DNA from: Amphiscolops sp. MND2022
Taxonomy: Eukaryota
Length of the DNA: 64,000 nucleotides
Direction of reading: 5' to 3'
Assembly (NCBI GenBank): GCA_964187785.1
Contig: OZ076420.1
Location: 27,466,001 to 27,530,000 of the forward strand
In this document: positions 1 to 12,700 of the stretch, in pieces
Layout: every line of letters starts with the position of its first letter
Position numbering within the stretch: position 1 is the first letter of the stretch
Position numbers and translations under genes: made by a program
The notes under the pieces: model-generated
What the model was told of the DNA's origin: nothing
The model's input: only the letters and a program-made list of their open reading frames with translations
Databases searched by the model: none

Positions 1-364
1 ATTTGCCTGCGAAATGCAAGAATTTCACCATTATTTAGTATCATTTGCCTCTCTATGTCCACCATGTAAAAGTCTACATTACAAGACACAACTTTCAGAG
101 TGCGGGTAAAAATATGTGTCTAAAATGCAGAGCTTTTCCTTATAAGCCAATATGCATTGAAGTATAAGTATTACTGATACATTTTTCAGTTGTTAATACA
201 TTACAAACCTTAATACATTACCTTACTTAGTAAGGTTTCTATTCTATAGACTTTGGTTCAAAAGAAGCAGTTGAATAATATCTTTCAAATACGGCCATAA
301 ACTGTGACAAATCGAGGCAAATGATACTAAATAATGGTGAAATTATTGCATTTCGCAGACAAAT
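1..364. mobile_element. MITE-like element with long inverted repeats
   Basis: 1-51 is the reverse complement of 314-364 (51 bp, 2 mismatches). The left arm may extend beyond the window, so a TSD cannot be checked. Confidence 0.6.
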
Positions 365-508
365 GAGCATTATTTAATTTCCAATATTTGCAAACATTAA
401 CAAACAATGATAAACAAGATAGCAAGACCTTTTAATACAATATGTTCCAAAGCTATTTGGAATATATTCGCAAAAATTGAAGATATTTTGATTATTTTCC
501 CAAATATT

Positions 509-582
509 TGCCGGTCCCGGGGATCGAACCTGCGACCTTATGGTCTCGAGACCGGTGCTCTATCCAACTAAGCTATTTGCCC
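509..582 (-). pseudogene. tRNA-derived pseudogene or SINE head (Arg-TCG-like)
   Basis: Minus strand GGGCAAATAGCTTAGTTGGATAGAGCACCGGTCTCGAGACCATAAGGTCGCAGGTTCGATCCCCGGGACCGGCA has an A box (TAGCTTAGTTGG) and a B box (GGTTCGATCC). The acceptor stem does not pair and the anticodon arm is defective. Confidence 0.7.
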
Positions 583-787
583 TTATTATTTGTTTTAAAT
601 CCGTCGTGCAACACAAACATTTTAAAAACGGACTTTGTAGATAGAAACAACGTTCGAAACCGGAATCATTACACAATTGTCCGGCACTAAAATCTAATTG
701 CAACAACTGAGGGAAGAAAAGACACTTTGTAAGGAGCTTTTTAACTTAACGGCGAAAAAGGTCACTGAAGAAGAAAACACAATAGAC

Positions 788-1909
788 GAATTAACGGGCG
801 AATCAGGCGACAGCATACATCACGTTGATTCAAGTCAACATTATCATTTAACAAACCCAAAGAACAGTAGAATTTCAACAGTAGGGTCATCTGGGTGGAT
901 GACAGGTTTGGAAGTAAAAAACCTTCTTTCCGAGTTTTTAGGTGCTGCTAATTTGTGCTTTTTCACCAAAAGTTTTTTCAATGTTGTAATTTTAAGTAAG
1001 CGCAAGTTTGTCAAAAAATTGATCTGCGTAGCCAACAGCGTTCTTGTTGCTGTACTAAGTAACCTTTCGTAGTTCTTCATCTTTGAGGTAACGTCATCAA
1101 TCCGGTAACATCATGAAGTACAAGGTAAAATATTCCATTAGTAACCGCCTTGAAACAAACAAAAAATTATGACTCCCACTCGAATGTCAGTGGGAGCATA
1201 GGTTAAATGGGAATATCATCAATTTTTTAAGCATTTTTAAATACATCCATGACTATGAGCTTCTCTATGAAATGGAAGTCTGGTACTTCAAAGTTAGAGG
1301 ATTTCATTTCAAAGGGAAAACGAAGTCACCATTAGCGACCAAAATTGGAATTAACGGGCGAATCAGGCGACAGCATACATCACGTTGATTCAAGTCAACA
1401 TTTTCATTTACCAAACCCAAAGAACAGTAGAATTTCAACAGTAGGGTCATCTGGGTGGACGACAGGTTTGGAACTAAAAAACTTCTTTCCGAGTTTTTAG
1501 GTGCTGCTAATTTGTGCTTTTTCACCAAAAGTTTTTTCAATGTTGTAATTTTAAGTAAGCGCAAGTTTGTCAAAAAGTTGATCTGCGTAGCCAACAGCGT
1601 TCTTGTTGCTGTACTAAGTAACCTTTCGTAGTTCTTCATCTTTGAGGTAACGTCATCAATCCGGTAACATCATGAAGTACAAGGTAAAATATTCCATTAG
1701 TAACCGCCTTGAAACAAACAAAAAATTATGACTCCCACTCGAATGTCAGTGGGAGCATAAGGTAAATGGGAATATCATCAATTTTTTAAGCATTTTTAAA
1801 TACATCCATGACTATGAGCTTCTCTATGAAATGGAAGTCTGGTACTTCAAAGTTAGAGGATTTCATTTCAAAGGGAAAACGAAGTCACCATTAGCGACCA
1901 AAATTGGAA
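788..1909. repeat. 560-bp direct tandem duplication (788-1350 / 1348-1909)
   Basis: Near-identical copies at offset 559-560, sharing a 3-bp GAA microhomology at 1348-1350. A handful of substitutions and indels separate them. Confidence 0.95.
844..1639 (-). pseudogene. Penelope-like retroelement ORF N-terminal fragment, two copies (844-1080 and ~1350-1639)
   Basis: Basic N-terminus (KNYERLL...QINFLTNLRLLKIT) followed by VPNLSSTQMT...SLGL, resembling the NLSS...L...KGL motif that precedes PLE reverse transcriptases. No RT or GIY-YIG domain is seen. Confidence 0.45.
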
Positions 1910-1923
1910 CTTTGTTAGTTGTT

Positions 1924-2366
1924 TGTGATGGCGTTCTTCTTTTGATTTGTTATTGTTTGGTTCACTTTAGAGTCCCTTGATCATAATCATACAGTGTTTT
2001 TCTCTATTTAAAAAATCATTTTGTGCCTCCGATTGAACGTGGGTTGTTTTCCGATTTCTATTTGATTTTCTGAATTATTACATGCGGAGTATTTGTACTT
2101 GTTGCTTTTTACAAATTGGGCTCTTATGACGGTGCAGGGTGTCTACGGGGGTTTTTCGTGGTGACTGAAGTTGAGAGCGTCGCAAATCTTGTATCTTGTT
2201 GAAAACCTTAAATGCTGAAGGTTCAGGGTTTCGAATCGAAACGATTAGTTGACTTTTCGTACACGTCGATCAGTAAGTTTATTGAGTAGCTGTGATGTCC
2301 CCTTGGTTCTTTCGTTTTTAGTTGGCGTTTTGAAGAAAAGTTCCCGACTCTTACAGTAGGTAGTTT
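1924..2366 (+). pseudogene. BEL/Pao protease-region fragment (segment A, first of three copies)
   Basis: Near-identical to 6585-7027 and 11250-11692. The third copy continues directly into BEL pol sequence. Confidence 0.6.
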
Positions 2367-2479
2367 TTTTCACACGCGTAAAGTCCACTTATTTTGTTCA
2401 TTTGTTCAACAACTTGAACTACGGTGGTTCAAAACACTCGAAACCCCAGATCTTCGTCCAAATCAAAAAGGAACAAAAA

Positions 2480-2860
2480 CGACGTCCAAAACCTCGGAAA
2501 CATACTAAGGAACCCCCTTTGGCTATCTTGGTGTTTTTCACTTAGATTTGTTTTGGCACTATGAGACTTCTTTTGAAGATTTTTGGATTGCACCAAAGGA
2601 ACCCCCCTTCATTTATTACAACAAAATGGATGTTATTGCAACAAAATGGATGTTAAAAAATACCAAGGGGTCCTCCTCTTATAATTTTCGGCACTGTGAC
2701 ACTGTTAAAAAAATCTCAGTTTCTGATTATTTTTAAAAGTAAGAGAAGTACCCTTACATTTTTTCATATTTTGCAACAAACTGAAGTTTCAAAAACACCA
2801 AAGGGTCCCTTCTACAAATTTAAAAACTTCGCGCTATTTGAGCCTTAGATATAGCGCCGA
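2480..2860. repeat. Dispersed AT-rich repeat with GGG(A/T)CCC(C/T)TT cores
   Basis: Related cores (aagggtcccttc, ggggagaccctttggct, aaagggccctttcc) recur at ~7140-7520, 45980-46060, 55500-55570, 61810-61950 and 63390-63580. Confidence 0.5.
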
Positions 2861-5070
2861 CATTGGCCGTTCTCGGTTTGTTTAACCTCAACTGTAGCAA
2901 GTTGGTGACGTTGTTCATTCTGGGCCAGGCGCGTTAAAATGTGCCCATGGCGTCATTTTTGTCCTTCTTCGTTCTACGGCGTTTCCCAAAGTAGTGGCCT
3001 GTTTTTTCGAGTCATCCCTTTCCATGCGAATTCTATATATTTTTTTTCCGTTTTCAACATTTGAATACATTTCCATGGTTCTCAGTGTTCTTTTGATAGT
3101 TTTGTTGTTGTTTGCCAACTTGTTCGGAATAGGTTGTTCTAATTTGACTAACATTGTTTGCCGCTGTTGTAACAATGTTCTGCCGTCCTTGTTAAGCAGT
3201 TTCGATTACGTAACATCCATTACCAATTGAAAGATATTGCTAAAAGGTTTGAAACAACAAAAAGTAGGCAAGTGATCATTATGCCGTCAGCTACAAAAAA
3301 TGCACTGAAGCCTCACACTTTTTTGGGAAATATTATAGATCTTCAAGTTTTGAGAGTATGGTTCTAATAATTTATTTCAGCATCTGAGACGTCTAAGTCT
3401 GAATGTTAATGTCATCAAAGTTTTTCGTCTCGGAACTCTTAAAAAAAGGGAAGTATTTCTCGAAAACCAAGAACGTTCGGAACATCTTAGGTTTTGCTGA
3501 CTGGTATTTTTGAACAGGAGGGCAATATTAAGCCAAAACTGACAGTTACTTTCTTTTTTTAACAATACAAAATGCCTCAAAAGTTTATTGTTTCCTTTCA
3601 TTTATTGTCTGTCATTAACATACAGTCAGTGAAACCAGTGAAACAAGTGATAATTTGCTGCCAAATCAACTTTTAGTTCCACAATTTTTTTTCGACAGCA
3701 ACTGATTAGCAAGACCTCCAGAATTGTACTTGGTCTGCTGACTCTCGTTTTCTCTACATCTTTGCTGATGCTGGTCAACTCTCAGTGTGGTTCGGTCTGG
3801 CATACTTATGACAATTTGATGTTCAACAAGGGGATGGTTCCTTCGTTCTTCTGGGGTGTGCAGCAGTTATCGCTTTTGGATTTTGGACGAACTGGATTTT
3901 TCTTTGTGGTCAAATGTGTTTTCCCGAAATTGCAGAATATTGGATGTTCACAAACTGTAAGTTGCGTCTGAGACTGTGTAGTGTTGCTTGTTTTACGAAA
4001 CAAAACACGTAGTTGGAGCGTTTTTTTTTCTCGAACTTTAGAGTTGTCAAAACGTGTGGTAACGGTTTTGGTTGTTTGTGCAGGTTGTTGGTTATGAAAG
4101 GTTTTTGCTATACTGATTTTTTTTGCTGTTTTCTCCATACTCTATCGTAATGTTATTCTCTATTCGTTTCTGCAAAAAGTGTTTCAGCTTTTAGAGGTTG
4201 TAACAGAAATTGATCCGTTTGATGATTATAACGCTGCTTTCTTTATAATGCTGCTTACCGGCTTCACCTTATCACATTTTGTAAATGCTGGCCCCCTTTA
4301 GACCCCTTAAAATTTATTTCTCTCCCGACCCCTATGTTGCTTGTTTAAGATGCGTTTTCTGACTGAAGAGTTACTTTGAAACTCATTAGTTTTTCAAAAC
4401 TCTAGTGACTTACTTGTATATTTTGAGATTCTTTCACAGGTCTGATTCCTTTTGTACACTAGACGGACTAGTTGCTTCAAAAGTTGGGGTTGACTTCGAT
4501 CAGACGGTAACTCGATAGACAAAAGACACTGAACCTCAGTTGCCAACTCCGCTGATCAAAACCTCAGGCTCATGTTGCTTCACCGTGAAAACGTAGGTCT
4601 GCAGTGCAGCTGAAGCGTAGGCCGCTCTGACGACTGAGTCTCTGTCAAACAAAATCTTGGTGTACCAGCCTGAAAACGTTTCAATATTGTTTCGTTTGTC
4701 CTGTTACCTGGGACCATTTGTTCTGTGTTACTTTCATTACACAAAACGTAACTTAATGTCTTCGACAGTAATCTTTTGTCAAATTCTTTCATCATATGAT
4801 GATGGTGTTGGATTTCGCACCTGTGAAATTGTTTTTGCTCAATTTTTCAATCCTACATTTGAAAAATTCCACAAATTTTGTTTTTGACTCTCGATACAAA
4901 GCAAGAACAAAGTATCCAGTTGATGCTTACATGAATACTCAAAATTGTGTTTTGTCAACGGTTGTTATTCTTCATTGCTGTTTTCCATTTGATTCCTCAT
5001 TCTAACGCCTTTCGTTGTTGTTTAGGTTTGTGTGTTTATTAGGACACTTAGGTATTTTATGTCATATCAT

Positions 5071-7027
5071 ATGTCTGTGATGGAAAAACTTGCTGCTAGT
5101 CGCCACAAGATCGTTGGTTACTTGTACGAACTTCTTGAGCAATGGGAAAAGCTGCTGTGAAATCAACCAAGGCGAACAAAAATTGTAAGATTTGTCGATG
5201 ATTGTGTTGATATGAAGTCAGAAGTTAGCAAAAAGAATGAAATTTTAATATCATCGAATGTTGAGGCTGTTGTGATCATATTGTGATGACGACATTGTAA
5301 TATCTTCAGTAAAGATGATCAATTGTCGACTGTCTTAGAGTCTTCTCCTGAACTCCTTGTTGATCAAAATTGATTTGTTATTAACACTGCAATGCTGGCT
5401 CAGTAACCATATATTGCAAGCCGCCTTTTCGTCTGTTTCTCCTACGCATCGTCCTTCTACCTATCCAGTTCCTAGTTCATTCAATTTTGTTCCAAGCATT
5501 TTGCAAAGTTTTCTGGATTGCTGAAACGCTTTTGAGTCTCTCGCAAAACTTAAGTTTGATGTCTTTTGTGGTGTTCCACTCGAATGGCTTTAGTGGAAAC
5601 GAATATTCGAATTCTCTTTAGTGTAAGCCTGGAGTTCCTTTAGTTAAATCGCATCATATGCATGAAACTTTTTTACTCTGGAAAACCTTCTGTTCCTTCA
5701 CCTCGACCAAGCGTTTTCTTCTTTTCAAAAATGTTCGGAACTCCACGAATAATTGATGAGGCACAAATAAAGAAACTTAGCAAACATCTTCAAGTTAAAA
5801 AGCACAACTCTGCCTCTTTAAATGAATTTTTCGATGCTTTAAATAGGTTTGTTTCGATCTTGTCAGCTGTGAATTTTTTTGGAGACGTGCCTTTTTCTAG
5901 GAATGTGTGACTGCTGGCACCCAACCTGACATTCAATGTTCGTGAGTTTTGATTCGGATTTATTAAACGTCTCCGTGTTTTCAACCCCATTACTTTCTGT
6001 GTTTGAATGCAGTGCAGAAAACCGCAGTGCATGAACGACTTCGGATGTTTAATACATCTAGTGTTACCCAATCGAAGAAAAAGGACAAATTTCGTGAGCA
6101 TCAAGTTTTGCTTTCAACGTTGTCAATACGTCGAGAAGCAAATTGTCGTCCAGAATGAGGAAAACTCAATGTCCTTCTCTATGACGGAATGACAATTTCT
6201 CAAAATCTGGAATGGTTCTACGTTTTCGATTATGTCAGTGAAACAAATGTCTGCCAATGATGTCGAAAACCAACATTGTATTTCTTGCTTTCAGCCTTGT
6301 CACATGTCTCGGGGTTGTTCATCTCAGTTGAAATGCCGAAAAAGTGGTTATGGGAAGTGACATAACAGTGCCATGCATAGTGATACTTCTACGTCTGTGA
6401 TCTCCTGATGCTAAATGGAGAATAGTGTAACATTTTGCACAGTATCTCGTGCCTGCAATGGGGCTTTGAAGGTCTTGAGATTAGAATCAAGGACAGCGCT
6501 TCGAGTACCAAAGCTTGGGCTCTTTACAAAACCAACTTGGGTGTTTTCGATATTTTCTTTGAGTCTCATTGGATCTAGCGAAACTGTGATGGCGTTCTTC
6601 TTCTGATTTGTTATTGTTTGGTTCACTTTAGAGTCCCTTGATCATAATCATACAGTGTTTTTCTCTATTAAAAAAATCATTTTGTGCCTCCGATTGAACG
6701 TGGGTTGTTTTCCGATTTCTATTTGATTTTCTGAATTATTACATGCGGAGTATTTGTACTTGTTGCTTTTTACAAATTGGGCTCTTATGACGGTGCAGGG
6801 TGTCTACGGGGGTTTTTCGTGGTGACTGAAGTTGAGAGCGTCGCAAATCTTGTATCTTGTTGAAAACCTTAAATGCTGAAGGTTCAGGGTTTCGAATCGA
6901 AACGATTAGTTGACTTTTCGTACACGTCGATCAGTAAGTTTATTGAGTAGCTGTGATGTCCCCTTGGTTCTTTCGTTTTTAGTTGGCGTTTTGAAGAAAA
7001 GTTCCCGACTCTTACAGTAGGTAGTTT
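5071..7027 (+). pseudogene. gag: BEL/Pao gag-protease remnant (array copy 1, truncated by the duplication junction)
   Basis: DUF1759-like motifs LAKLKFDVFCGVPLEW and FGTPRIIDEAQIKKL, plus Cys/His knuckles HCISCFQPCHMSRGCSSQLKCRKSGYGK*HNSAMH. Many stops and frameshifts. Confidence 0.85.
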
Positions 7028-9729
7028 TTTTCACACGCGTAAAGTCCACTTATTTTGTTCATTTGTTCAACAACTTGAACTACGGTGGTTCAAAACACTC
7101 GAAACCCCAGATCTTCGTCCAAATCAAAAAGGAACAAAAACGACGTCCAAAACCTCGGAAACATACTAAGGAACCCCCTTTGGCTATCTTGGTGTTTTTC
7201 ACTTAGATTTGTTTTGGCACTATGAGACTTCTTTTGAAGATTTTTGGATTGCACCAAAGGAACCCCCCTTCATTTATTACAACAAAATGGATGTTATTGC
7301 AACAAAATGGATGTTAAAAAATACCAAGGGGTCCTCCTCTTATAATTTTCGGCACTGTGACACTGTTAAAAAAATCTCAGTTTCTGATTATTTTTAAAAG
7401 TAAGAGAAGTACCCTTACATTTTTTCATATTTTGCAACAAACTGAAGTTTCAAAAACACCAAAGGGTCCCTTCTACAAATTTAAAAACTTCGCGCTATTT
7501 GAGCCTTAGATATAGCGCCGACATTGGCCGTTCTCGGTTTGTTTAACCTCAACTGTAGCAAGTTGGTGACGTTGTTCATTCTGGGCCAGGCGCGTTAAAA
7601 TGTGCCCATGGCGTCATTTTTGTCCTTCTTCGTTCTACGGCGTTTCCCAAAGTAGTGGCCTGTTTTTTCGAGTCATCCCTTTCCATGCGAATTCTATATA
7701 TTTTTTCCGTTTTCAACATTTGAATACATTTCCATGGTTCTCAGTGTTCTTTTGATAGTTTTGTTGTTGTTTGCCAACTTGTTCGGAATAGGTTGTTCTA
7801 ATTTGACTAACATTGTTTGCCGCTGTTGTAACAATGTTCTGCCGTCCTTGTTAAGCAGTTTCGATTACGTAACATCCATTACCAATTGAAAGATATTGCT
7901 AAAAGGTTTGAAACAACAAAAAGTAGGCAAGTGATCATTATGCCGTCAGCTACAAAAAATGCACTGAAGCCTCACACTTTTTTGGGAAATATTATAGATC
8001 TTCAAGTTTTGAGAGTATGGTTCTAATAATTTATTTCAGCATCTGAGACGTCTAAGTCTGAATGTTAATGTCATCAAAGTTTTTCGTCTCGGAACTCTTA
8101 AAAAAAGGGAAGTATTTCTCGAAAACCAAGAACGTTCGGAACATCTTAGGTTTTGCTGACTGGTATTTTTGAACAGGAGGGCAATATTAAGCCAAAACTG
8201 ACAGTTACTTTCTTTTTTTAACAATACAAAATGCCTCAAAAGTTTATTGTTTCCTTTCATTTATTGTCTGTCATTAACATACAGTCAGTGAAACCAGTGA
8301 AACAAGTGATAATTTGCTGCCAAATCAACTTTTAGTTCCACAATTTTTTTTCGACAGCAACTGATTAGCAAGACCTCCAGAATTGTACTTGGTCTGCTGA
8401 CTCTCATTTTCTCTACATCTTTGCTGATGCTGGTCAACTCTCAGTGTGGTTCGGTCTGGCATACTTATGACAATTTGATGTTCAACAAGGGGATGGTTCC
8501 TTCGTTCTTCTGGGGTGTGCAGCAGTTATCGCTTTTGGATTTTGGACGAACTGGATTTTTCTTTGTGGTCAAATGTGTTTTCCCGAAATTGCAGAATATT
8601 GGATGTTCACAAACTGTAAGTTGCGTCTGAGACTGTGTAGTGTTGCTTGTTTTACGAAACAAAACACGTAGTTGGAGCGTTTTTTTTTCTCGAACTTTAG
8701 AGTTGTCAAAACGTGTGGTAACGGTTTTGGTTGTTTGTGCAGGTTGTTGGTTATGAAAGGTTTTTGCTATACTGATTTTTTTTTGCTGTTTTCTCCATAC
8801 TCTATCGTAATGTTATTCTCTATTCGTTTCTGCAAAAAGTGTTTCAGCTTTTAGAGGTTGTAACAGAAATTGATCCGTTTGATGATTATAACGCTGCTTT
8901 CTTTATAATGCTGCTTACCGGCTTCACCTTATCACATTTTGTAAATGCTGGCCCCCTTTAGACCCCTTAAAATTCATTTTTCTCCCGACCCCTATGTTGC
9001 TTGTTTAAGATGCGTTTTCTGACTGAAGAGTTACTTTGAAACTCATTAGTTTTCAAAACTCTAGTGACTTACTTGTATATTTTGAGATTCTTTCGCAGGT
9101 CTGATTCCTTTTGTACACTAGACGGACTAGTTGCTTCAAAAGTTGGGGTTGACTTCGATCAGACGGTAACTCGATAGACAAAAGACACTGAACCTCAGTT
9201 GTCAACTCCGCTGATCAAAACCTCAGGCTCATGTTGCTTCACCGTGAAAACGTAGGTCTGCAGTGCAGCTGAAGCGTAGGCCGCTCTGACGACTGAGTCT
9301 CTGTCAAACAAAATCTTGGTGTACCAGCCTGAAAACGTTTCAATATTGTTTCGTTTGTCCTGTTACCTGGGACCATTTGTTCTGTGTTACTTTCATTACA
9401 CAAAACGTAACTTAATGTCTTCGACAGTAACCTTTTGTCAAATTCTTTCATCATATGATGATGGTGTTGGATTTCGCACCTGTGAAATTGTTTTTGCTCA
9501 ATTTTTCAATCCTACATTTGAAAAATTCCACAAATTTCGTTTTTGACTCTCGATACAAAGCAAGAACAAAGTATCCAGTTGATGCTTACATGAATACTCA
9601 AAATTGTGTTTTGTCAACGGTTGTTATTCTTCATTGCTGTTTTCCATTTGATTCCTCATTCTAACGCCTTTCGTTGTTGTTTAGGTTTGTGTGTTTATTA
9701 GGACACTTAGGTATTTTATGTCATATCAT

Positions 9730-12700
9730 ATGTCTGTGATGGAAAAACTTGCTGCTAGTCGCCACAAGATCGTTGGTTACTTGTACGAACTTCTTGAGCA
9801 ATGGGAAAAGCTGCTGTGAAATCAACCAAGGCGAACAAAAGTTGTAAGATTTGTCGATGATTGTGTTGATATGAAGTCAGAAGTTAGCAAAAAGAATGAA
9901 ATTTTAATATCATCGAATGTTGAGGCTGTTGTGATCATATTGTGATGACGACATTGTAATATCATCAGTAAAGATGATCAATTGTCGACTGTCTTAGAGT
10001 CTGCTCCTGAACTCCTTGTTGATCAAAATTGATTTGTTATTAACACTGCAATGCTGGCTCAGTAACCATATATTGCAAGCCGCCTTTTCGTCTGTTTCTC
10101 CTACGCATCGTCCTTCTACCTATCCAGTTCCTAGTTCATTCAATTTTGTTCCAAGCATTTTGCAAAGTTTTCTGGATTGCTGAAACGCTTTTGAGTCTCT
10201 CGCAAAACTTAAGTTTGATGTCTTTTGTGGTGTTCCACTCGAATGGCTTTAGTGGAAAAGAATATTCGAATTCTCTTTAGTGTAAGCCTGGAGTTCCTTT
10301 AGTTAAATCGCATCATAAGCATGAAACTTTTTTACTCTGGAAAAGCGAAGTCACCTTCTGTTCCTTCACCTCGACCAAGCGTTTTCTTCTTTTCAAAAAT
10401 GTTCGCAACTCCACGAATAATTGATGAGGCACAAATAAAGAAACTTAGCAAACATCTTCAAGTTAAAAAGCACAACTCTGCCTCTTTAAATGAATTTTTC
10501 GATGCTTTAAATAGGTTTGTTTCGATCTTGTCAGCTGTGAATTTTTTTGGAGACGTGCCTTTTTCTAGGAATGTGTGACTGCTGGCACCCAACCTGACAT
10601 TCAATGTTCGTGAGTTTTGATTCGGATTTATTAAACGTCTCCGTGTTTTTAACCCCATTACTTTCTGTGTTTGAATGCAGTGCAGAAAACCGCAGTGCAT
10701 GAACGACTTCGGATGTTTAATACATCTAGTGTTACCCAATCGAAGAAAAAGGACAAATTTCGTGAGCATCAAGTTTTGCTTTCAACGTTGTCAATACGTC
10801 GAGAAGCAAATTGTCCAGAATGAGGAAAACTCAATGTCCTTCTCTATGACGGAATGACAATTTCTCAAAATCTGGAATGGTTCTACGTTTTCGATTATGT
10901 CAGTGAAACAAATGTCTGCCAATGATGTCGAAAACCAACATTGTATTGCTTGCTTTCAGCCTTGTCACATGTCTCGGGGTTGTTCATCTCAGTTGAAATG
11001 CCGAAAAAGTGGTTATGGGAAGTGACATAACAGTGCCATGCATAGTGATACTTCTACGTCTGTGATCTCCTGATGCTAAATGGAGAATAGTGTAACATTT
11101 TGCACAGTATCTCGTGCCTGCAATGGGGCTTTGAAGGTCTTGAGATTAGAATCAAGGACAGCGCTTCGAGTACCAAAGCTTGGGCTCTTTACAAAACCAA
11201 CTTGGGTGTTTTCGATATTTTCTTTGAGTCTCATTGGATCTAGCGAAACTGTGATGGCGTTCTTCTTTTGATTTGTAATTGTTTGGTTCACTTTAGAGTC
11301 CCTTGATCATAATCATACAGTGTTTTTCTCTATTAAAAAAATCATTTTGTGCCTCCGATTGAACGTGGGTTGTTTTCCGATTTCTATTTGATTTTCTGAA
11401 TTATTACATGCGGAGTATTTGTACTTGTTGCTTTTTACAAATTGGGCTCTTATGACGGTGCAGGGTGTCTACGGGGGTTTTTCGTGGTGACTGAAGTTGA
11501 GAGCGTCGCAAATCTTGTATCTTGTTGAAAACCTTAAATGCTGAAGGTTCAGGGTTTCGAATCGAAACGATTATTTGACTTTTCGTACACGTCGATCAGT
11601 AAGTTTATTGAGTAGCTGTGATGTCCCCTTGGTTCTTTCGTTTTTAGTTGGCGTTTTGAAGAAAAGTTCCCGACTCTTACAGTAGGTAGTTTAAGAGGCA
11701 TTTTTCGTAGACAAATTGTTTGTTCAAATTAAATGTCGGACTGCATATTAATCTGTAGCCTTGGGCAGTCAAACTTCAAAACGGTTGGGTCTTGAAAGGA
11801 CAAAGTCCCAATTGCAAGTCTCTAATTAATAGCGTTTGTTTTGCATCTTCTGGCGCTTCCGTTGAAGAGTGTGTTGATCTTGATTTAACACAGGTGTCCA
11901 AGTGGGCCCTCAAACCATGAGCATCGGTTGTGAGCGTAAAATCCTCACTCGATTTCTGACAGAAAGCGCTTGAAGCATTAGAAAAACTCGTGTCTCTGTT
12001 GAAAAACGCTACCGTTTGTGGGATCCTGATTCAACGAAAATGGCAAAAATTCAACGAAAATAGCGAAATGGTTATAAGAAATCAACTGAGGATGACAATA
12101 CCAATGGCTGTGGGCGTAAGTTTCCTGTTACTGAAAAAACGACAAGTCAAAGCTTGCCTCAATGGTATCTGTCGCATCAACCCGTTGTGTGTGCAATGCT
12201 GCAGCACAATTTCTCTATCAATCCTTTGAACGAAGCCCTTGTTCCTTTTCTGTAAATGCTTACAGACTTGATAGGGGTCCTATTCCAAGTTGTTTGTTCA
12301 AAAATGGTCTTTATCTTTTATGCAGGTTGAGGTCTTAAAGCAAGTATAACGCATCCTCAGATTTTTATGGCGAGAGGTTCGGTCGTCAAACATTGAAACA
12401 ATTCAGGATACAGGCACATTTTCTGAGCAAAGTCTTCTCCGACTTTTTCATATTTTGTAGGTACACAGATAGATCGTGATAATGGCGAACTTTTTCCAGT
12501 TGCTTCGAAAGCGTTTTCAACTTCTTCTTTGATGATGTTTTCCACAATCGGTTCTATGTGAATGTAATGCAGTTGTATTAGTTCAGAATTGGTGAAAAGA
12601 TTTAATTGAGTTTGACTAAGTTCATCAATAAAAGTTTGGAAGCCTACAAGTTGTTGGAAAAGACGTGACTTTTGTTGAACCAAACGCTTCAGTGATTCGG

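Larger units (their letters stand above)
1924..11692. repeat. 4.66-kb tandem array, 2.1 copies (1924-6584, 6585-11249, 11250-11692)
   Basis: ORF-track duplicates at offsets 4659-4665. Copies differ only by scattered SNPs and small indels such as GKPSVP vs GKAKSPSVP. Confidence 0.97.

Noticed and set aside
509-582. Functional tRNA gene
   Set aside because: The acceptor stem does not pair and the anticodon arm is malformed. Retained only as tRNA-derived.
1924-2366. 443-bp direct repeats (x3) as LTRs of tandem LTR retrotransposons
   Set aside because: No TG...CA ends, PBS or PPT, and the segment is part of the BEL protease region, continuing in register into pol after the third copy.
2880-4200. 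Gypsy gag/env fragments on the minus strand (also ~7540-8860)
   Set aside because: Coding-like, but no motif could be recognised with confidence.
4640-4680. BEL primer-binding site (TGGTGTACCAGCC) and 5' LTR end
   Set aside because: Plausible position upstream of gag, but I could not match it to a tRNA 3' end and there is no 3' LTR for comparison.
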